Positions 9,858 to 14,038 of a stretch of DNA of 14,038 nt are shown here, piece by piece (positions within the stretch are counted from its first letter, which is position 1; every line of letters starts with the position of its first letter). Origin of the DNA: Octopus sinensis (Eukaryota); assembly GCF_006345805.1 (NCBI RefSeq), contig NW_021825943.1, positions 1-14,038 on the forward strand, given 5' to 3'. The notes beneath the pieces were generated by a model. It was not told where the DNA came from. It ran no database searches and saw only the letters and a list, made by a program, of their open reading frames with translations. The translations under genes and the position numbers were made by a program.

Positions 9858-10042
9858 CCTTTCTACTAAAGGCACAAGGGGTGGAATTTTGGGGAAGCAA
9901 CTAGTCGCTTTAATTTATCAACCCCGAAAGGATGAAAGGCACAGTCGACCTCGGCGGAATTTGAACTCAGAACGTAGCGACGGGCGAAAAACGTTAAGCA
10001 TTTCCTCCAGCATACTAACGACTCTCCCAGCCCACCACCTTC
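9858..10042 (-). mobile_element. Monomeric SINE family B with internal deletion and 15-bp TSD
   Basis: Core CCCCGAAAGGATGAAAGGCACAGTCGACCTCGGCGGAATTTGAACTC. Perfect direct repeat TCAGCAGTTAATAAT at 9843-9857 and 10043-10057. Confidence 0.9.
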
Positions 10043-10267
10043 TCAGCAGTTAATAATGTCACCACTGCTTTGAATCAGAGTCTTTGATCATGGCTTCAAA
10101 AAACTCCTTTGGTTCATACACCCATAAGTGAGATTCCAGACGGTGCGTACTAAGTTGTGATTGTTATTGTAGACATGTATGACGTACAATTCTATATTTG
10201 CATGTATATGTGTGCAGGTGTATATATATTTGTATATAATATGTATATCTATTTATCTATATATTTA

Positions 10268-10745
10268 CTGGGGTTGGGCAAAATAATGGAAACACCTTAA
10301 AATTTCAAACAAATTTAATTTAATATGGGTAGGACCGCCTTTGGTAGTAATTACAGCTTGAATTCTACGAGGTATGAACTCGTACAAAGTTTGAATTGTT
10401 TCCAAAGGAATTTTTTGTTCATTCTTCAGCTAAAACCGTCTCCAGTTCTTGTAATGATGATGGTAGAGGATATCAGCTCCTTACTTGATTTTCTAAAATG
10501 CACCATAAATGTTCAATAGTATTGAGATCTTGGGACTGTGGTGGACAGATAAGATGTTCAACTTCACTACAATAACAACTTTTGCTGTGGGAATTGGCGG
10601 AATATTAACCTGAAATATTGTCTCTCCCTCCGGAAACAGTTCCACAACCATAGGATGAATTTGTTCAGATAAAATGATTAGATAGTCTTGAAGATTTATT
10701 CCGCCATGAAGGAAAACCATTGGGCCGGTGGATTTCCAATATATA
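10268..10745 (-). mobile_element. Tc1-like (DD34E) DNA transposon remnant: right TIR plus pseudogenised transposase C-terminus
   Basis: TA|CTGGGGTTGGGCAAAATAATGGAAACAC terminus at 10266-10295. Minus translation IYWKSTGPMVFLHGGIN..DYLIILSEQIHP..IFQVNIPPIPTAK (cf. FQQDNAPIHTAK), PPQSQDLNTIEHLW (cf. WPxQSPDLNPIEHLW) and IPRRIQAVITTKGGPT (cf. MPRRCxAVIxAKGGPTKY). Stops and frameshifts present. Confidence 0.92.
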
Positions 10746-10746
10746 T

Positions 10747-10938
10747 GGTTATACATGACACTGCTCTAATCTGGCCAACCCTAAGGAAAAAGAGCACTAG
10801 AGTTCTTGGAAGATAGCTACGAACGTATACAAAAACAAGGACGGGAAAAAACGGAGAAATGGTACACAAATACAAATGCAAACAACAGAACATTAACAAC
10901 AGGTGTCTTTCGACTAAAGACGATTTAAATTAAGCTGC

Positions 10939-10939
<1 letters not shown>
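10747..10939. repeat. Unclassified interspersed-repeat fragment replacing the rest of the Tc1 element
   Basis: Abrupt end of transposase homology; A-rich strand-biased sequence ending in (TA)n. Resembles octopus (TA)n-associated repeats from memory, with no internal proof. Confidence 0.35.
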
Positions 10940-10975
<36 letters not shown>

Positions 10976-10978
<3 letters not shown>

Positions 10979-11163
10979 AGAGTTTACGAAAAACAAAAGA
11001 TGAAGACAAGTGGTGTACAAAACAAACAGATGTATTAGTATAACGCTCAGGAATAGAAAAAGTCTTTTACGTTTCGAGCCTACGCTCTTCTACAGAAAGG
11101 GACACAGAAAAAACAAGGAGAGAAACAAGGAGAGAAAAGATGCGTGTGGTGGCTAGCGATCTA
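10976..11163 (-). mobile_element. (TA)n-embedded element, probable Penelope-like (PLE) terminal repeat, copy 1
   Basis: 10976-11138 is the near-exact reverse complement of 12950-13114. Bounded by (TA)n on both sides. Carries a hammerhead-like motif. Confidence 0.7.
11064..11099 (-). ncRNA. Minimal type I hammerhead-ribozyme-like motif (variant core)
   Basis: Minus strand CUUU-CUGUAGA-A-GAG(CGUAGG)CUC-GAAA-CG-UA-AAAG: stem I CUUU/AAAG, stem II GAG/CUC, palindromic ACGU in place of stem III. Core departs from CUGANGA. Confidence 0.55.
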
Positions 11164-11176
11164 GTATATATATATA

Positions 11177-11232
<56 letters not shown>

Positions 11233-11979
11233 TATATATCGTAATACATCATGCATATATGAAAGTGTGTGTGTTTGTATATATGTAATTATGTATGAGT
11301 GAATATATGCATATGACCATAGTATTTCATAAACAAATGTAGTTCACAGACTTTCAACCAAGCAAGACATTGGATCACTATCGAACAATAACAAGGGACC
11401 AATGCGCAAGATAAACAAATAGCGTCGTTGAATAACCAATCAGGACTGGAACGTAGATCTAAAAACCTACATACACAAAACGATATCAAATTGAAAGGTA
11501 TTTGCAGTTTTACATTCGAACAAACAAAGTAAACGATACAACACTTCAAAGCTAGTAAAAATATTTTTCTTGTACTTAAATTCTTCTTCACATATATTTG
11601 CAAACATAATTTATTGCTATAATCTTTTTGAGATTTCAGACTTCTATTATATGTTTTTGCTATGAGATATATCAAACATTTGAACTTTCATCATTTCTCA
11701 TTGTTGTAAGCACTTCAATTTTCATCATGTAATTATGTTATGACACTCGTTGAACGTTTGATTTTTAAGCATATTTTATTGTGCATTCTATTTTTTTTTA
11801 TTTGCCATTATAAAACAAAATTAAACAAATAAGTTTAACAAATTTGAAAATATTCGATTTCAAAACAAAATACGTTTAGAAACACTAACCAGTTTTCTTT
11901 GACTTATATTACTAATTGTGAGAAAGGACAATTTTTTTCCTTGATACATATGTGTGTACTGTGTGAATACATACATACA

Positions 11980-12532
11980 TAGTGGCTGCCCCTCGTTATC
12001 GAGTATAGCCATTGCACGAAGCTTAATCAGTGTTGTTATAGTGCAATGCTTGTGCAAGAAGATTTTTTTATAGTGAGGAAAGGCTGTGCACTGAGTCAAT
12101 CCCACTCACTAAGCAACAGCAGCCATAATCCGAAAAGAAGAACAAGTCAACATCATCGGTAACCACTGAGCCATGGGTTTTATGTCGGAGTTATCCCAGT
12201 TACCTGAGTTACCTTCTCCTAGAAGGATGCCCTAACAAAGGCTAGGAGTCTTTCACTCCCAATGGTTTAACCGCGCGATCGGGTATTCAGTCCGATTATT
12301 TCTATGTCCCCGCACATGATACAGCCTTAAGACATTTATTGGATGGCCGTTCACTCTTAAGAGTTCCTCCGCCCTTTGACGGGTTTTGTTTTTCATCCCG
12401 CAGGGTGTCCAATAAACACCCTCCTCACCAAGCAAGCTTGGTAGTGTTGCCGGTTTAGTCGCCGACGACCCGACCATGCAATAGGTTGTACTGGGTTACA
12501 TGTCACCAGTAGCACTCGAAAGTGACCTGACA
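11980..12532 (-). mobile_element. Non-coding ~550 bp structured retroelement, probably non-autonomous RTE-derived
   Basis: GC-richer island ending (minus strand) in (ATGT)n. Contains AGCCTTTGTTAGGGCATCCTTCTAGGAGAAGGTAACTC, resembling a motif I recall from RTE 5' UTRs. No tRNA head and no credible ORF; several hairpins; ACATACATACA on both flanks. Confidence 0.6.
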
Positions 12533-12578
12533 CATACATACAAGCATACATACATACACACATATATATTTTCTTTTT

Positions 12579-12610
<32 letters not shown>

Positions 12611-12612
<2 letters not shown>

Positions 12613-12920
12613 CACCGTGTTCACCATGACCGACCAGACTATCAGATGTTGCAATACATCGCTGGTCACAATGCGCTTCGCATTGTTTTAGCCTTCAAAT
12701 GACGCCACCGAGCTGGCTAAGTGAGCAGGCCGACAGAAGAAAGAGTGAGAGAAATTTGTGGCGAAAGAGTACAGCAGGATCGCCACCACCCCATGCCGGA
12801 GTCTCGTAGAGCATTAGGTGTTTTCGTTCAGTAAACACTCACAACGCCCGGTCTGGGAATCGAAACCACGATCCTACGACCGCGAGTCCGCTGCCCTAAC
12901 CACTGAGTCATTGCGCCTCC
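12611..12920 (-). mobile_element. Full-length tRNA-derived SINE (head/body A + RTE-derived tail 3)
   Basis: 12740-12920 is the reverse complement of 470-650 (A box TGACTCAGTGG, B box GTTTCGATTCCC). 12633-12679 matches the RTE terminus at 4364-4410. Confidence 0.9.
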
Positions 12921-12949
12921 ACACACACACACATTTATGTATATATATA

Positions 12950-13114
12950 TTTTCTCTCCTTGTTACCCTCCTTGTTTTTTCTGTGTACCTTTCTGTAGAA
13001 GAGCGTAGGCTCGAAACGTAAAAGACTTTTTCTATTCCTGAGCGTTATACTAATATATCTGTTTGTTTTGTACACCACCTGTCTTCGTCTTTTGTTTTTT
13101 TCGTAAACTTTCCC
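12950..13114 (+). mobile_element. (TA)n-embedded element, probable PLE terminal repeat, copy 2
   Basis: Inverted copy of 10976-11138; (TA)n on both sides. Confidence 0.7.
12989..13024 (+). ncRNA. Minimal type I hammerhead-ribozyme-like motif (variant core)
   Basis: CTTT CTGTAGA A GAG CGTAGG CTC GAAA CG TA AAAG, identical to copy 1. Predicted cleavage after GUA (13018-13020). Confidence 0.55.
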
Positions 13115-13154
13115 TATATATATTATATATATATATAATAATACTCTTATATAT

Positions 13155-13201
<47 letters not shown>
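13115..13201. repeat. (TA)n microsatellite
   Basis: Direct inspection. Confidence 0.95.
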
Positions 13202-13203
<2 letters not shown>

Positions 13204-13405
13204 ACAAGGTGCGGAAGCATTTTAGCATAATATTGGTTAATTAACAAGACAGCTCTATCTAGTAAAATAAGGACTAATCAGACGTATTTTAAGAAAAGAA
13301 ATGTGCACATGTTCTCGATAAAGATTTTTGTAAGATTATTCTATATTCAAAGTGTTAAAATGTTTTAAATGAAAAACATTAACTGAACAAAAAACACAGA
13401 ACTTG

Positions 13406-13439
<34 letters not shown>

Positions 13440-13949
13440 GAACATATAAGCGTTCAATTTTAAGAGCAAGTTCAAAGTTTATCAATCAACCATGAACTCT
13501 CTTTACATGCAATGGTTCGAAGGTAATGTCAATATTTTAAAAATGATAACTATATACGTATTAGCAAATACACATAATTACACACGCATATTTAAATGTG
13601 TGCATAAATGTAAATACATATGTGTGTGTGAGAGAGAGGGGGGAGGTGGGAGAGAGTCGTGAAAAAAATGACGGACGTAAAATATCATTAAAATATAATA
13701 CAAACACTCGGTTCTCGTAAATAAGTACTTGTTCGATAGTTCATGAATACCTCATTCTTGCTTACTTCCAAAGAAGTCTCTCATTAAATTAGTCTTAACC
13801 TGTTAAGCAAATCTCATTATAGAAAGTAAATATATACGGTCATTAACACATGTATAGCGAAATACACACCTTCACACATGCATACGGTCATATATGTGCA
13901 AGCATAATTTTATATGATCAATAATCATGTGATATTGAACGAAACATAG

Positions 13950-14038
13950 AGGCGTAAGAGTGGCTGTATGATAAGTAGCTCCTTACGAACCACACGGTTC
14001 CGGGTTCAGTCCATTGCGTAGCACCTTGGGCAAGTGTC
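13950..14038 (+). mobile_element. 5' head of a tRNA-derived CORE-like SINE, cut by the window end
   Basis: A-box-like TGGCTGTATGA 13961-13971, B-box-like GGTTCAGTCC 14003-14012, then ACCTTGGGCAAGTGTC (start of a CORE-like domain). Probably the same family as 1-175 (from recall). Confidence 0.75.

Noticed and set aside
10493-10756. Functional Tc1 transposase
   Set aside because: The second catalytic Asp motif is mutated (FQVN), there are in-frame stops and frameshifts, and the N-terminus and left TIR are missing.
11289-11675. 128-aa minus-strand ORF or possible host exon
   Set aside because: No recognisable motif, no convincing splice-bounded frame and no neighbouring exons. A small exon cannot be fully excluded without RNA-seq.
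12400-12532. HDV-like ribozyme at the 5' end of the RTE-like element
   Set aside because: Could not identify the nested P1/P1.1/P2/P3 pseudoknot or the L3 and J4/2 consensus by eye.

Overview
Eukaryotic, AT-rich, microsatellite-saturated non-coding DNA (intergenic or intronic). The SINE repertoire and (TA)n/(TTA)n density suggest an octopod cephalopod (Octopus-like); this is an inference from recalled repeat families, not a search result. No host protein-coding gene, rRNA, true tRNA or CRISPR array is supported, and nearly all listed ORFs are translated microsatellites or repeat antisense frames. The window is a mosaic of mobile elements: about a dozen tRNA-derived SINE copies or fragments (five with target-site duplications) built from swappable head/body/tail modules, a decayed RTE LINE 3' end, a (TAA)n-targeted R4/Dong-like restriction-like-endonuclease retrotransposon end, a Tc1 transposase remnant with one TIR, a Tc1/mariner-type MITE and a structured non-coding RTE-like element. 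The most notable observations are (i) two ~165-bp inverted copies of a (TA)n-embedded element carrying an identical non-canonical minimal hammerhead-ribozyme-like motif of Penelope type, (ii) a SINE whose tail matches the 3' end of the RTE LINE in the same window, and (iii) multimeric SINEs with a fixed unit junction. I see no firm evidence for a wholly new system beyond these.
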